From: Chloroflexota bacterium
GTDB lineage: Bacteria; Chloroflexota; Dehalococcoidia; UBA2979
DNA length: 64,000 nt
Direction: 5' to 3'
Assembly: GCA_027593235.1 (NCBI GenBank)
Contig: JAQCIU010000005.1
Span: 1 to 64,000, forward strand
Notes under the pieces: generated by a model
Databases searched by the model: none
What the model was told of the DNA's origin: nothing
The model's input: only the letters and a program-made list of their open reading frames with translations
Made by a program: the position numbers and the translations under genes
Shown: positions 18,191 to 28,899 of the stretch, piece after piece
Layout of the letters: every line of letters begins with the position of its first letter
How positions within the stretch are numbered: position 1 is the first letter of the stretch

Positions 18191-19528
18191 TTAGTTGCCC
18201 CCGATCAGCGAAAGAGCGATCGCCTCGGCCAGGCAATTGCGGCGCAGCTCCTGGAGGTCCTGGCTCTCATCGGGCCCGTGTATCCGGCTCGTCGGCTCGC
18301 CCACGCCGGTGAGCAGGATGCTCGCCTCCGGGTATGCCACCTGGAGGTCCGCGACCAGTGGGATCGAGCCGCCGATGCCGATCTCGATCGACTCGCGCCC
18401 CCACGCCTCGAGGTAGGCGGCGCGGAACGCGTCGTAGGCTGCGCCCTCGGTGTTCAGCTCGAACGGCGCGGCGATGCCGGGCCCCGGCTTCACCGTCACC
18501 CGCGCCCCCCAGGGCGCGTGACTCTCGAGGTGGCGCGTCAGCGCGGCCAGCGCCCGCGGACCATCGTCGCCGGGCGCCAGGCGCATGCTGACCTTCGCGC
18601 GGGCGACTGGCACGATCTGGTTGATCGCCTCAGAGATCCGAGGTGCATCGATCGCCAGCACCGAGATCGCGGGGCGTCGCCACAACCGCGAGGTGAGCGA
18701 TCCTTCGCCGACCAGCTCCACGCCGTCGACGACCCCGGCGTGGTCGCGCAGATCCGCTTCGGTGAGGTCCAGCGGGTCAGCCTCGGTCGCGACCAGTCCC
18801 TCGACGGCTGCGCGGCCCTCGTCGTCGTGCAAGGTCGCGAGCAGGCGCGCGAGCGAGCTGAGCGCATCAGGGACGGCGCCGCCGAACTGACCGCTGTGCA
18901 CCGCCGCGTTGAGCGTCCGCACCTCGACGACGCAGTCGACCACGCCGCGCAACGAGGTGGTGAGCGCCGGTTGCCCGACGGCCCAGTGCTCGGAGTCGGC
19001 GATCACGATCACATCGGCACGCAGTTCGTCCTCGAACGTCTCGATGAAGCGGGCGAAGTTCGGCGACCCGATCTCCTCCTCACCCTCGATGAACAGCTTG
19101 AGGTTGACCGGTGGGGCGCCCTCGAACGCCCGGAGCACGGCGAGGTGCGCGGCGACGCCTGACTTGTCATCGGAAGCGGCGCGCCCGTGGAGGCGGCCGT
19201 TCCGCTCTACCGGCTCGAACGGATCGCCGCTCCAGTCATCGAGGTTGCCGGGTGGCTGCACGTCGTAGTGCGCGTAGAGCAGGACCGTCGGCGCGCCCTC
19301 GGGCCCTGCGGCCTCGGCGAAGACGGCGGCCGGGGCGTCCGGCAGCTCGAGCTTGCGCGCGGGCGCACCGGCCGCGGTCAGCAGCTCGACGACGAGGTCG
19401 GCTGCCGCTCGCAGCGCGGGTGTGTCGGGGCCATCGAGGCTGATCGACGGCACCCGCACGAGGCGCTCGAGGTCGGCTCGGACGCTGGGGAACACCTCGT
19501 CGATCTTCGCGCGCAGGTCGTCGTGCAT
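18191..19528 (-). CDS. M20 family dipeptidase
   Basis: YAHYDVQP, GRAASDDK, EGEEEIGS, GGSIP, IHGPDES. Confidence 0.92.
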   Translation of the reverse strand: MHDDLRAKIDEVFPSVRADLERLVRVPSISLDGPDTPALRAAADLVVELLTAAGAPARKLELPDAPAAVFAEAAGPEGAPTVLLYAHYDVQPPGNLDDWSGDPFEPVERNGRLHGRAASDDKSGVAAHLAVLRAFEGAPPVNLKLFIEGEEEIGSPNFARFIETFEDELRADVIVIADSEHWAVGQPALTTSLRGVVDCVVEVRTLNAAVHSGQFGGAVPDALSSLARLLATLHDDEGRAAVEGLVATEADPLDLTEADLRDHAGVVDGVELVGEGSLTSRLWRRPAISVLAIDAPRISEAINQIVPVARAKVSMRLAPGDDGPRALAALTRHLESHAPWGARVTVKPGPGIAAPFELNTEGAAYDAFRAAYLEAWGRESIEIGIGGSIPLVADLQVAYPEASILLTGVGEPTSRIHGPDESQDLQELRRNCLAEAIALSLIGGN

Positions 19529-19547
19529 CGGTACTCCGGTTCCGCCG

Positions 19548-20795
19548 CTAGCTCGGCCAGTTTGACGCGGCCGGCGTAACGAAATCCGTCCGACTGCCGA
19601 TGACGAAGCCGGATTCGAGGAACTCCGCCCGCACCCGCTCGATTGCGGTGGCCTCAGGCAACTCGAGGATGACGGTGAGGCGGGCGACCTCGACCGGCAG
19701 ATCAGGCGCGGACAGATCGTGTTCCACGTGGACGATGTTCGCGCGGGCGCGCCCAATCGCACCGCTGATGCGCTCCAGTTCGCCCGGCACGTTGGCCGTC
19801 GCGACCGTGATCCGCTGCCGTCGCCCGTCCGCCTCAAGGCCGCGATCAACCAGCCGATCGAGGACGTTGACGTCGATGTTCCCGCCGGACACGACGGCGA
19901 CCGTGTGCCCCGTCGGTTGCACGGTTCCGTCCAGCAGCGCCGCCACCGCCAGAGCGCCCGCACCCTCGGCGACCACGCGTGCCCGCTCCAGCAGGAAGAC
20001 GATCGCACGGGCGATCGACTCCTCGCTGATGTCGACAACGTCGTCGACGTACTGACGGATGAGCTCGAGCGTGAGCGGGGACGGACCGGCGACCGCCACA
20101 CCATCCGCAATCGTGTGGCGCGGGAGCACGACGACAGGCGCTTGCGCGCGCAACGATTCAACGATGCCGTTCATCGCGCTGGTCTGGACGCCGATCACCC
20201 GCGCGTTCGGGCGTCGCGACTTCACCGCCACGGCCACGCCGGCCAGCAGTCCGCCACCGCCGGCGGGCACGATCACCGTCTCCAGGTCGGGGACCTGTTC
20301 CAGCAACTCGAGGCCGAGCGTGCCCTGCCCAGCGACGATCGCGGGGGCGTCGTAGGGGGGGATGTAGAAGAGATTGCGCTCCGCCGCCAACTCGCGGGCG
20401 CGGGCCTGTGCAGTGGCGAGTGAGCCCTCGACCAGTTCGATCGTGGCGCCGTAGCCACGGCACGCCTGCTGCTTGGCCGCGGGCGCGGTGGCGGGCATGA
20501 CGACGGTCGAGGGGATGCCACGCTGCGAGGCCGCCAGCGCGACCGCCTGCGCGTGGTTGCCGGCGCTCGCGGCGATCACGCCGCTCGGCACGATGTCGAG
20601 GCCAGCGAGGACGTTGTTCGCGCCGCGCACTTTGAACGATCCGGTGCGCTGGAGATTCTCCAGCTTCAGCGTCACCGGCACCCCGACACGCTCAAGGAGC
20701 GCCTGGCTCGGGATCGTCGGCGTCAGTCGCACAAATTCGGCGATGCGCACGCGTGCTGCTTCGATGTCGGCGAGGGTGACGCGTGGTTCACTCAC
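19548..20795 (-). CDS. ilvA: Threonine ammonia-lyase (short form, C-terminal ACT domain)
   Basis: ENLQRTGSFKVRGA, SAGNHAQ, GGGGL, SGGN; TACGAT-N6-GTG. Confidence 0.9.
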   Translation of the reverse strand: MSEPRVTLADIEAARVRIAEFVRLTPTIPSQALLERVGVPVTLKLENLQRTGSFKVRGANNVLAGLDIVPSGVIAASAGNHAQAVALAASQRGIPSTVVMPATAPAAKQQACRGYGATIELVEGSLATAQARARELAAERNLFYIPPYDAPAIVAGQGTLGLELLEQVPDLETVIVPAGGGGLLAGVAVAVKSRRPNARVIGVQTSAMNGIVESLRAQAPVVVLPRHTIADGVAVAGPSPLTLELIRQYVDDVVDISEESIARAIVFLLERARVVAEGAGALAVAALLDGTVQPTGHTVAVVSGGNIDVNVLDRLVDRGLEADGRRQRITVATANVPGELERISGAIGRARANIVHVEHDLSAPDLPVEVARLTVILELPEATAIERVRAEFLESGFVIGSRTDFVTPAASNWPS

Positions 20796-20983
20796 CGATG
20801 AATCGTAGCGCGCCTCGAATGCGGGAGCGCCCTCGCGGAGGCGGGAGCGTGATCTTGGTCGCCGCGCGCGCATAATGCCTCGCTAACAGGCGGCCCCCAG
20901 ACTCGGTCACGGAGACCAGATGACCATCGACGCCAGAACCTAGGGATGGAGCTGAGGACGGTGCTCTACGGCGGTGGCGTCGC

Positions 20984-21823
20984 CTAGACCGGCGCGCCGC
21001 CTGCTTGCAGCAGCTTCAGCAACACGGCTCGCTCGTTCGGCGGTGCCTCGGCGAGGCGATCGGCCGCACGGACGGGGAGCCAGCGAGCGACCAGCTCGCG
21101 GTCATAGTCGCGGACGCGACGGTAGCCGCGCAGGTACTGCGGCAGGAACAAGCGTGTCCGAAACGCCCCCATCAGCGTGAGCAACAGCGGGGAACCGTTT
21201 GGCGGCTCTGCCGCCTCCACCAACAACCGAGTGCGGGCGATATCGGCCTCGGGGGGGCCAACCGCTGCGCCCGGCCAGTCGATCACCACTGGATCGCCGT
21301 GGTTCATCAGCAGGTTCAACGGGTGGTAGTCGCCATGCAGGAGCGATGCACCAGCCGGCAGGCGCTCCAGTTCGCGAAGAGCCCATTCGCGGAGGGCAGG
21401 CGCTTCCAGCTCGAGCCGATCGAGCTGCGCCGTCACCTGCTCATGCACGGACCGCAGGTCCGCGGGGACCGCTGATCCATGGATGCCGGCCTGGATTCGT
21501 CCAAATCGCCGCACCAACGGCAAAAGTTTCCACGGGCGTCCCAGCATCACCGAGAGCATCGGACCGCCATCGATCCGATCGAGCACCATCCCGGGGCGTC
21601 CGTCGATCGTCAGCACCTCGTGGACGGCGGGTACGGGGACACCCGCGCCCAAGGCCGCGCGCATGACAGCGGCTTCAGCCGCGAGTTCGGTCGGGGAACT
21701 GGTCGCCGGCAGCAGACGCAGCACTCGCCCGTCGCCCCATTCGTAGATTTCAGCCTGCGCGCCCGTGTCCAGCAGGCGTGAATTCGCCAGCCGTTCGGAG
21801 GTGCTTTCGCTGTCGCCGGTCAT
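20984..21823 (-). CDS. Aminoglycoside phosphotransferase/choline kinase family
   Basis: GAQAEIY, LLHGDYHPLN, VIDW motifs. Confidence 0.85.
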   Translation of the reverse strand: MTGDSESTSERLANSRLLDTGAQAEIYEWGDGRVLRLLPATSSPTELAAEAAVMRAALGAGVPVPAVHEVLTIDGRPGMVLDRIDGGPMLSVMLGRPWKLLPLVRRFGRIQAGIHGSAVPADLRSVHEQVTAQLDRLELEAPALREWALRELERLPAGASLLHGDYHPLNLLMNHGDPVVIDWPGAAVGPPEADIARTRLLVEAAEPPNGSPLLLTLMGAFRTRLFLPQYLRGYRRVRDYDRELVARWLPVRAADRLAEAPPNERAVLLKLLQAGGAPV

Positions 21824-21869
21824 GCACGCATCATGTCAGTCGCAGCGCAACTTGGACGACGGGCGGCAT

Positions 21870-23126
21870 GTGAACGAGCGACGGTCCGAGGGGACAGGGA
21901 GGCGGCGCCCACGTATCGGCGCTGCCCCGATCATCCTGATCGTCGGCGCACTCGAACTTCCCGCCGTCACCCTGCGGCTCAGCGGGATCCACATCGGTGT
22001 CGTCGCCGACACCGCGATCTTCGGCCTCGCGATCGTGTCGGCCGCGTTCCTCCTTGCGTGGGCGGCTGAAGCCGCCGAGGTCGAGATCTCCCAGGCGCTC
22101 GCGGTCGCGTTCATTGCGCTGGTCGCCGTCCTGCCGGAGTACGCGGTCGACATGACCTTCGCCTGGAAGGCCGGCACCGACCCGAGCTTCGCCCCATTCG
22201 CCGTCGCGAACATGACCGGTGGCAACCGGCTACTGATCGGCCTCGGTTGGTCGTTCGTCTTCTTCCTGTTCTGGTTCCGGACGCGCGGCAAATTGCTGAA
22301 GCTGGAGCGCAGTCATTCGATCGACGTGATCGCGCTTGGTGTAGCGACCGTGTACTCCCTCACGATCCCGTTCAAGGGCAGCATCTCGCTGATCGACACC
22401 GTGGTGCTGGCCGCGATCTTCGTCGGCTACGTGGTGATCATCGCCCGCCTGGAAAGCGACGAGCCGGAGCTGGTCGGGCCGGCGCGCGCGATCGGCGGGC
22501 TCCCCAGGACGCAGCGACGGAGCGTGCTGATCGCGATGTTCCTTGCTGCCGCGACCGGCATCTTTCTCTCCGCCGAGCCGTTCGCCGAGGGGCTGATCCA
22601 CACGGGCACGGAACTGGGTGTCGACGAGTTCCTGCTCGTGCAGTGGCTGGCGCCGCTGGCCTCGGAAGCGCCGGAGTTCCTGGTGGCCGGCATCCTCGCC
22701 TACCGAGGTCGTGCAACCGTCGCGATGGGTGCGCTGCTCTCCTCGAAGGTGAACCAGTGGACGCTTCTGATCGGCGGTCTGCCGGTCGCGTTCTCCGCCG
22801 CAAGCGGCAGCTTCGATTCGTTACCCCTCGATACGCGCCAACAGCACGAGGTCTGGCTCACCGCGGCGCAGTCGGCGTTCGCGGTGGCGGTGCTGGTCAG
22901 CCTGAGCCTCAACCGCCGAGAAGCGATCGCGCTGTTCGGCCTGTTCATGGTTCAGTTCTTGATCCCGATCGACGGTGTGCACCTCGCGATGACGTATGTC
23001 TACCTGGTGCTGGCACTGGGGATATTCATCCTCAACCGACACGACGTGCGTGCACTCTTCAGCGGCGCGCGCACGGAACTCCGAGAGCTGGCGGCAGCCA
23101 AGCGCGAGCGTGCGGGACCGGACTGA
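21870..23126 (+). CDS. Sodium/calcium exchanger (CaCA) family antiporter
   Basis: alpha repeats AVLPEYAVD/ANMTGGN and LASEAPE/SSKVNQW; start approximate. Confidence 0.85.
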   Translation: MNERRSEGTGRRRPRIGAAPIILIVGALELPAVTLRLSGIHIGVVADTAIFGLAIVSAAFLLAWAAEAAEVEISQALAVAFIALVAVLPEYAVDMTFAWKAGTDPSFAPFAVANMTGGNRLLIGLGWSFVFFLFWFRTRGKLLKLERSHSIDVIALGVATVYSLTIPFKGSISLIDTVVLAAIFVGYVVIIARLESDEPELVGPARAIGGLPRTQRRSVLIAMFLAAATGIFLSAEPFAEGLIHTGTELGVDEFLLVQWLAPLASEAPEFLVAGILAYRGRATVAMGALLSSKVNQWTLLIGGLPVAFSAASGSFDSLPLDTRQQHEVWLTAAQSAFAVAVLVSLSLNRREAIALFGLFMVQFLIPIDGVHLAMTYVYLVLALGIFILNRHDVRALFSGARTELRELAAAKRERAGPD

Positions 23127-23185
23127 CGCTGACAGCGCAAACGGGGTCGCCGGCTCTCCGCGAGACGGTGGGATCGCCGGGCTCA

Positions 23186-23623
23186 TCAGTCGCGGTGGTC
23201 GGGACGCACGATCACAACCGGACAGGTGCTGAGGCGTAGCACCTCCTGCGCGATGCTCCCCATCAGGTTGCCGCGCCAGCCAACCGCACGACGGCTGGCG
23301 ATCGCCAACAGCGTTGCGCCTTCCTCGGCGGCGACGCGCGCCAGCCGCTCGGCGGTGTCCTCGCCACGCGCGACCGACTCGATCCGCACGGTCGCGCTGG
23401 TCTCGAGGCCGGCGAGCGCGTCGTCGATCGCCTCGCTCGCCCGCGCCTCTACCTGGACCATCGCTTCAGCGGTGGTGGCGGCGACGACGTCGGCGGCGTC
23501 GACAAGCGGGTTGAGCACCCAGCAGACGACCACCGAACCACGCGATGGCAGCGCGATCTCCGAGGCGACTCGCAGCGCCTCGTGGGCGCCCTCACTGCCA
23601 TCGAAGGCGACGAGGATTCGCAT
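23186..23623 (-). CDS. Universal stress protein
   Basis: ILVAFDGS...LMGSIAQEVLRLSTCPVVIV. Confidence 0.9.
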   Translation of the reverse strand: MRILVAFDGSEGAHEALRVASEIALPSRGSVVVCWVLNPLVDAADVVAATTAEAMVQVEARASEAIDDALAGLETSATVRIESVARGEDTAERLARVAAEEGATLLAIASRRAVGWRGNLMGSIAQEVLRLSTCPVVIVRPDHRD

Positions 23624-23626
23624 GAG

Positions 23627-24586
23627 CTAACTCCGTACCAGCGCGTCGGCGCGCGCAATTGCCGCGAACGCACGTGCGATCGAGGCCTCGCGATCATCCG
23701 CTTCGATCAACGGCGCCGCCAGTACGTGCCCGGCGCCATCCGCAACGTACGCGGCCAGCCGCTCCGCGACCTCCGCCTCGGTCCCCGACACCACGAGGTT
23801 GTCGAGCAACTCGTCGGAATAGCCCTCGGCGGCGTTCGGGTAGCCGGCCGCCTCGAACATCGCGCGGTAGAAGGGGACCTGCGCGTAGCGCCCGAGCTGG
23901 CCGATCTGCTTCCGGACGCCCTGCGGGTCGTCGGTGACCAGAATCGGCACGTGGGCGATCAACGGTGGCGCCTCACGCCCGGCGGCAGCGGCACCGCGTG
24001 CGATCGCCGGCAACGCCTCTTGCACGAGGTACGGCTTCGGGCACATCCAGGAAATCGCGCCATCCGTCAGTTCCCCGCACGCCTCGAACGACTTGGGGCG
24101 CAGCGCCGAGGCCATCAGCGAGATGGACTGGGGCGCGCGAATCTGCGACCGCGCCGTGACGTGACGTCCGACAAAGTCGACGGAGCCGCCCTCGAGGAGT
24201 GCGCGGATCACCTGCAGGTATTCGCGCAGGTTCGTCAGCGGCGCCGACCATTCGACGCCGAAGCTCGCGGTCATTCCCGGTTCGTGCGACGGCCCGATCC
24301 CGAGGTGCAGCCGTCCCGGCGCGATCTGTTCGAGGGCGAGCGCCTGCTGCGCGATGATCACGGGGTGGCGCGGCCACGTCGGAATGATCGCGGTACCGAA
24401 GTCAATCGAGCTGGTCGCCGCCAGGGCTGCGGCGCCCGCGGTCAACGGGTCCGCGCCACCTGCGCCACCGATCGTCGTCCACGCGATCGGGATGCCGGCG
24501 TCTTCCGCCTGCCGGATCTGCGCAACGAACGACGGGGTGTCGAGCGCTTGAATTGAAACGCCAACGGTTGGTCGGGTCAGTGTCAT
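23627..24586 (-). CDS. LLM-class (probably F420-dependent) oxidoreductase
   Basis: GTAIIPTWPRHP, GRLHLGIGPSH, SALRPK, ADG-like TDGAISW. Confidence 0.88.
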   Translation of the reverse strand: MTLTRPTVGVSIQALDTPSFVAQIRQAEDAGIPIAWTTIGGAGGADPLTAGAAALAATSSIDFGTAIIPTWPRHPVIIAQQALALEQIAPGRLHLGIGPSHEPGMTASFGVEWSAPLTNLREYLQVIRALLEGGSVDFVGRHVTARSQIRAPQSISLMASALRPKSFEACGELTDGAISWMCPKPYLVQEALPAIARGAAAAGREAPPLIAHVPILVTDDPQGVRKQIGQLGRYAQVPFYRAMFEAAGYPNAAEGYSDELLDNLVVSGTEAEVAERLAAYVADGAGHVLAAPLIEADDREASIARAFAAIARADALVRS

Positions 24587-24654
24587 CGGATCTCCCAGCT
24601 GCGCGGTCGATTGTCGCGGCTGACCGGGGCGCGTCAACCGCCCGCGTAAACAGA

Positions 24655-24682
24655 ACAGCCCCGGTCAGGTGACCGGGGCTGT
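24655..24682 (-). terminator. Probable intrinsic terminator downstream of the alcohol dehydrogenase
   Basis: 13-bp perfect inverted repeat ACAGCCCCGGTCA-GG-TGACCGGGGCTGT followed by TCTGTTT on the minus strand. Confidence 0.75.
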
Positions 24683-24705
24683 CAGGGTCAGGTCCAATAC
24701 GTGAT

Positions 24706-25791
24706 CTACTCGGTGCCGATCTCCAGCACGGAGCGGGCGACCTCGCCGCTCTTGAGCATGTCGAAGGCCTCGTTGATTTCGCCGAACTTGTAGCGCTTGG
24801 TCACCAGTCCGTCGATGTCCAGCTTGCCCTGCTTGTAGAGGGCGAGGATGCGCGGCATGTCGGTGTGGAACCGGGCGGAGCCGTAGAAGCTGCCCTTGAG
24901 CGTCTTCTCCTGCATCCAGATCATCCCGGAAACCTCTATCTTCTCCATCGGCGGGACCATCCCGACGATCACGGCGGTACCACCGCGCTTCGCCATCTCG
25001 TACGCCTGCTCCGACGTCACTTTGAGGCCGATCGCCTCGAAGCCGTAGTCGACGCCGCCGCCGCTCAATTCCTGCACGGCCTTCACCGCATCGGTCTCGC
25101 TCGCGTTCACCGTGTCCGTCGCGCCGAAGTCCTTCGCGATACCCAGCTTGTGCTCGACCATGTCGACGGCAATGATCTGCCGCGCTCCAGCCAGGCGAGC
25201 CGCCTGGATGATGTTGAGACCAACACCGCCCGCGCCGATCACGGCGACCGTCGAGCCCGGCTCAACCTTCGCGGTGTTCACGACCGCGCCGTAGCCGGTC
25301 ATGACGGAGCAGCCGACGAGGGCGGCCACGTCCAGCCCGATGTCGTCCGGGATCTTCAGCAGGCCGGAGGCCGGCATGACAGACTGCTCGGCGAAGCCGC
25401 CGACGTTCGCCATCTGCGACACAGCCTGGTCGCCGAGCTTCAACGCCGGCTGATCGGGACGGCGCGCCGTCGTCGAGGTGGAGCAAAGGTTCGGGCGACC
25501 GGAGTCGCAGAAGCCACAGTGACCACACGGCTGCACGAAGCCCATGATCACGCGGTCGCCGCGCGTCACGTTCGTCACGCCAGGGCCAACGCCCTCGACG
25601 ATGCCGGCGACCTCGTGGCCCAGCACCATCGGGTAGCGACCGGGGTAGGTGCCCTCGATGAAATGCAGGTCGGAGTGGCAGACGCCCGCGACGACGACAC
25701 GCACCAGCGCCTCGCCGGCGCCCGGTTCGTCGATCGTCAGGTCCGCCATCTCAAGTGGGGTTCGTGGCGCATTCAGAAGCGCTGCTTGCAT
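24706..25791 (-). CDS. Zn-dependent alcohol dehydrogenase (class III-like)
   Basis: GVCHSD, GHE, CGHCGFC...C, GCSVMTG, GAGGVG. Confidence 0.93.
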   Translation of the reverse strand: MQAALLNAPRTPLEMADLTIDEPGAGEALVRVVVAGVCHSDLHFIEGTYPGRYPMVLGHEVAGIVEGVGPGVTNVTRGDRVIMGFVQPCGHCGFCDSGRPNLCSTSTTARRPDQPALKLGDQAVSQMANVGGFAEQSVMPASGLLKIPDDIGLDVAALVGCSVMTGYGAVVNTAKVEPGSTVAVIGAGGVGLNIIQAARLAGARQIIAVDMVEHKLGIAKDFGATDTVNASETDAVKAVQELSGGGVDYGFEAIGLKVTSEQAYEMAKRGGTAVIVGMVPPMEKIEVSGMIWMQEKTLKGSFYGSARFHTDMPRILALYKQGKLDIDGLVTKRYKFGEINEAFDMLKSGEVARSVLEIGTE

Positions 25792-25941
25792 CGTCCGAGG
25801 TCCCTCCGCTAGCTCAGTTGAACGGCGCGGACGTCGGAACATACAGCCTGTACGGCGCCCCCGCGGCCACATGGTACTCGGCGGGCCACGTCCGTGCGCG
25901 CCCGCCAACCACGCCGTCGAACCGTCAGGATCGCCCGCTCG

Positions 25942-26988
25942 CTACTCGCGAGGCCGCGCCCACGCGACCCGTTCGTCAACGCGGCGTTCCGCGCTGTACG
26001 TCAACGCCTCGAACCCGCGGCTCTCCCAGAACGGGCCGCCCAGCGGGTTCATCGAGGCGTAGTGCAACGTCACGTATTCGTGGCCCGAGTCACGCGCCCA
26101 ATCGAGCGACCGCTCGAGGAGTGCCGTCCCCACGCCGCCGCCGCGCAGATCCGGATCGACGATGCCGTGGAACAGGTACGCCGTCCGCTCCGGCGTCGCC
26201 GTCACCGGCCCGAACGCCATCCCGGAGAACAACATCTGCATGCCGAGCGTCTCGCTGCCACGGGTCGCGAGGAAGATGCCGTGACGGTCGCGTTCCAGCG
26301 CGTACTTGCTCAACCCGCTGGCCGACTCGCGCACGTCGTCCCAGAGATACGGCCAGAACACCGGGCCCTGGTAGTGGAAGCGACCGTTCATGGACTCGAG
26401 CCGATCCACCTCGGCGTGGTCCTCCACGGTCGCGCGACGGATCTCGGTACCGGCCTCCAGCGGCCGTGACTCAATTGGTGAGACGTCGCGCCCGGCGTAG
26501 GTCGTGATCGCGCCGAACCCGAGGCGGAACCACAACTCGCGCTGCTCCGCATCCGCCGCCGCGAATTCGACACGGTGGCTGAAGAAGCCGCCAGCCACCC
26601 AGCCGTCGGAGAGCTGCCCATAGAGCGCCCGGTAGGCGGTGAGCGCGTCGACTTCGGGAGCCGCGGCGTGACCCTGGAAGGGCACGCCGGCGCTGCGTGG
26701 CGGGAAGTACTGCGCGAGCCAGTGATCGGCGGCGCGCAGCGCGCGCTGCCCGAACATGAAGGCGACGACCTGGCCGCCTGACTCCGCCACCGCTCCGTCG
26801 ACGCTTGCGTCGGCGAACAGCGGAGCGAGCAGCTCGGCGCAGCGATCCGGATCCTCGAACGCCTCCGGGAGCATAGCCGCCCTCGTGCGATCGCGCGCGT
26901 GCCGCGCCGCCAGCAGCCGCGCGCAGGCCTCGAGGTCCCGCGCCGCCGCGTTGCGTACCGTCAGCCGTTCTGTCACGGCGGTCTCCAA
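25942..26988 (-). CDS. Tandem GNAT acetyltransferase
   Basis: C-terminal LRGGGVGTALL and FWESRGF; N-terminal degenerate GNAT domain. Confidence 0.75.
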   Translation of the reverse strand: METAVTERLTVRNAAARDLEACARLLAARHARDRTRAAMLPEAFEDPDRCAELLAPLFADASVDGAVAESGGQVVAFMFGQRALRAADHWLAQYFPPRSAGVPFQGHAAAPEVDALTAYRALYGQLSDGWVAGGFFSHRVEFAAADAEQRELWFRLGFGAITTYAGRDVSPIESRPLEAGTEIRRATVEDHAEVDRLESMNGRFHYQGPVFWPYLWDDVRESASGLSKYALERDRHGIFLATRGSETLGMQMLFSGMAFGPVTATPERTAYLFHGIVDPDLRGGGVGTALLERSLDWARDSGHEYVTLHYASMNPLGGPFWESRGFEALTYSAERRVDERVAWARPRE

Positions 26989-26997
26989 TCCCGCGTC

Positions 26998-27627
26998 CTA
27001 CCGCTCGTTGAATCCCTTGCCGTCGTAGATCCGATCCATCGCCTTCTCGATCCGCGAGGTTCGCGTCTTCGACTGCTTCGGCTGTGCGAAGTGATAGAGA
27101 TACCCGCGCTGGCGCCCTGCCGTCAGTGCCTCGAACGCAGCTTTGAACTCCGCGACCTCGGCGAACTTCTGCTCCAGCTCCTCGGGGACCGCATAGTCCT
27201 CAGTCTTCTTCAGTTGGACCTTCAGCCCCGCGCGCTCCACCTCGATCGCCTCGTCGAGGTACGCCCGGATCACGGGTTCCATACGGTCGATCTCAGCGAC
27301 GCTCGTGAACTTCGCGAATCGCGTGGCCTGCGAATGGGTGCCGGGGGCCACGAGGATTCCCTCGAGGTCCTTGAGCAGAACGCCCTTGAAGAAGCCGAGC
27401 GCGCAGTACTCCTTGAAGGCGCCGATGATCACGACGTTGGCACCCTCGAACGCGTAACAGGGCTGCCACCACTTCCGCTCTTCGGTGAATTCCTCGTAGC
27501 TGAGCGCGATCGCCCGCAGCCGCTCCATCTCCGGGCGCCAAGTCGTCGCCTGTTCGAACAACGCGTCGACTTTGGGATTCGTCCTGCTCAAGGGTCTGTC
27601 CTCCGCAGTGACGTGTACCGTCCGCAT
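26998..27627 (-). CDS. YdeI/OmpD-associated (DUF1801) family protein
   Basis: KWWQPCY, FFKGVLLKD, AFEALTAGRQRGY, KQSKTRTSRIEK. Confidence 0.88.
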   Translation of the reverse strand: MRTVHVTAEDRPLSRTNPKVDALFEQATTWRPEMERLRAIALSYEEFTEERKWWQPCYAFEGANVVIIGAFKEYCALGFFKGVLLKDLEGILVAPGTHSQATRFAKFTSVAEIDRMEPVIRAYLDEAIEVERAGLKVQLKKTEDYAVPEELEQKFAEVAEFKAAFEALTAGRQRGYLYHFAQPKQSKTRTSRIEKAMDRIYDGKGFNER

Positions 27628-27644
27628 CGAGGTCGCTTGCCTCC

Positions 27645-28661
27645 CTAGAGGTTAATCACGACCTGGAGCTGCGAGGACGGCTTCATCAATCCCTCGAAGG
27701 CTTCCTGGATGTCGTCGAGGGCGATGAAGCTGGCTTCGGACATCAACGCCTGCGCGGAGATGCGGCCGGTCGACAACAGATCGAGGGCGATCCGCCAGTC
27801 CTCAGGCAGGCTCGCGAAGCTCACGCGGAAGTCAATCTCGCGGCCCATCCAGTCGACCGGGTCGACCGGCAGCGGCTCCCACGGCACGGCCACCAGCACC
27901 ACCTGGCCATCCCGCTTCGTCGCGTCGAACGCGTTGTTGAGCGTGTCCTTGATTCCCGCGCAGTCGAAGATCACATCGGCGCCAACGCCACCCGTGAGCG
28001 CGACAATGCGTTCGACCACGTCCTCGGAGCGCGGATCGATCACGGCGTCCGCACCGAGGGCACGCGCCGCCTCGGCCCGGGCGGGTGCAGGCTCGGAGAC
28101 CAGCACGCGCGTCGCGCCAGCAGCGCGCGCCGCCTGCATCACGAGCATCCCGATCGGCCCGGCTCCGAGCACGGCGACCGTGTCACCGAGCTTGATCGCC
28201 GAGCGGCGCGCCGCGTGGACCGCGACGGAGCATGGTTCGGTGAGCGCGGCGGCGTCGTCCGACACGTTGTCGGGGATGCGAGTCGGTCGCCACTCAGGCA
28301 GCAGCTGGTACTCGGCATAGCCGCCCGTGGCGCCGCCGGGAAACCCCATCGTCCGGTAGTTGTACCGCGGGTGCGTCCGCATCGGAGACTGCTGGCCGTC
28401 CGGGTGCTCACCGCCGCCGGCGACGACCCGATCGCCTACCGACCAGCGAGTCACGTCCGAGCCAACAGCGGCGACCACTCCGGCGATCTCGTGACCGATC
28501 ACGGAGCCAGGCGGAGCAATGTCGTACATGAAGGCGTGGACGTCCGTGCCGCAGATCGCCGACCGGCGCACCTGCACCAGGATCTGTCCGGGCCCCGGTT
28601 CGGGCGTCGGCAGCTCAGTGACCTCGAACCGTTGAGCGCCCTGGTAGACCGCCGCTCGCAT
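27645..28661 (-). CDS. Zinc-binding dehydrogenase (MDR) lacking the structural Zn Cys cluster
   Basis: ICGTD, GHE, EPCSVAVHA, GAGPIG. Confidence 0.88.
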   Translation of the reverse strand: MRAAVYQGAQRFEVTELPTPEPGPGQILVQVRRSAICGTDVHAFMYDIAPPGSVIGHEIAGVVAAVGSDVTRWSVGDRVVAGGGEHPDGQQSPMRTHPRYNYRTMGFPGGATGGYAEYQLLPEWRPTRIPDNVSDDAAALTEPCSVAVHAARRSAIKLGDTVAVLGAGPIGMLVMQAARAAGATRVLVSEPAPARAEAARALGADAVIDPRSEDVVERIVALTGGVGADVIFDCAGIKDTLNNAFDATKRDGQVVLVAVPWEPLPVDPVDWMGREIDFRVSFASLPEDWRIALDLLSTGRISAQALMSEASFIALDDIQEAFEGLMKPSSQLQVVINL

Positions 28662-28873
28662 ACGCACTCCCCCGCTACCGGCGACCCGGCGTCGCCTTGC
28701 GGAGATATACACCGCGCGGCGGATCGCCGCTGCCTTCATCACCTGTGGCCGCCGCGACGGCAGGCATGGCCCCCGAGCGGACCGCCGCGAGGGCGTATCA
28801 CACTCGGTATTGAATGTAGGAAACAGTCGATGCGGCCGAAGCATTATGCCCGTACGCTCCGAAGACCCCTAAA

Positions 28874-28891
28874 TTGTTCACGATTTCACAA
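28874..28891. promoter_or_regulatory. Probable Rex operator
   Basis: TTGTTCA-CGAT-TTCACAA matches 12/14 of the Rex consensus TTGTGAA-N4-TTCACAA and overlaps a -10-like CACGAT just upstream of sulP. Confidence 0.6.
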
Positions 28892-28899
28892 AGGTTTCT

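Noticed and set aside
25803-25825. CCGCTAGCTCAGTTG resembling a tRNA 5' end and D-arm
   Set aside because: No anticodon arm, T-arm or acceptor pairing follows; it overlaps the adh RBS on the opposite strand
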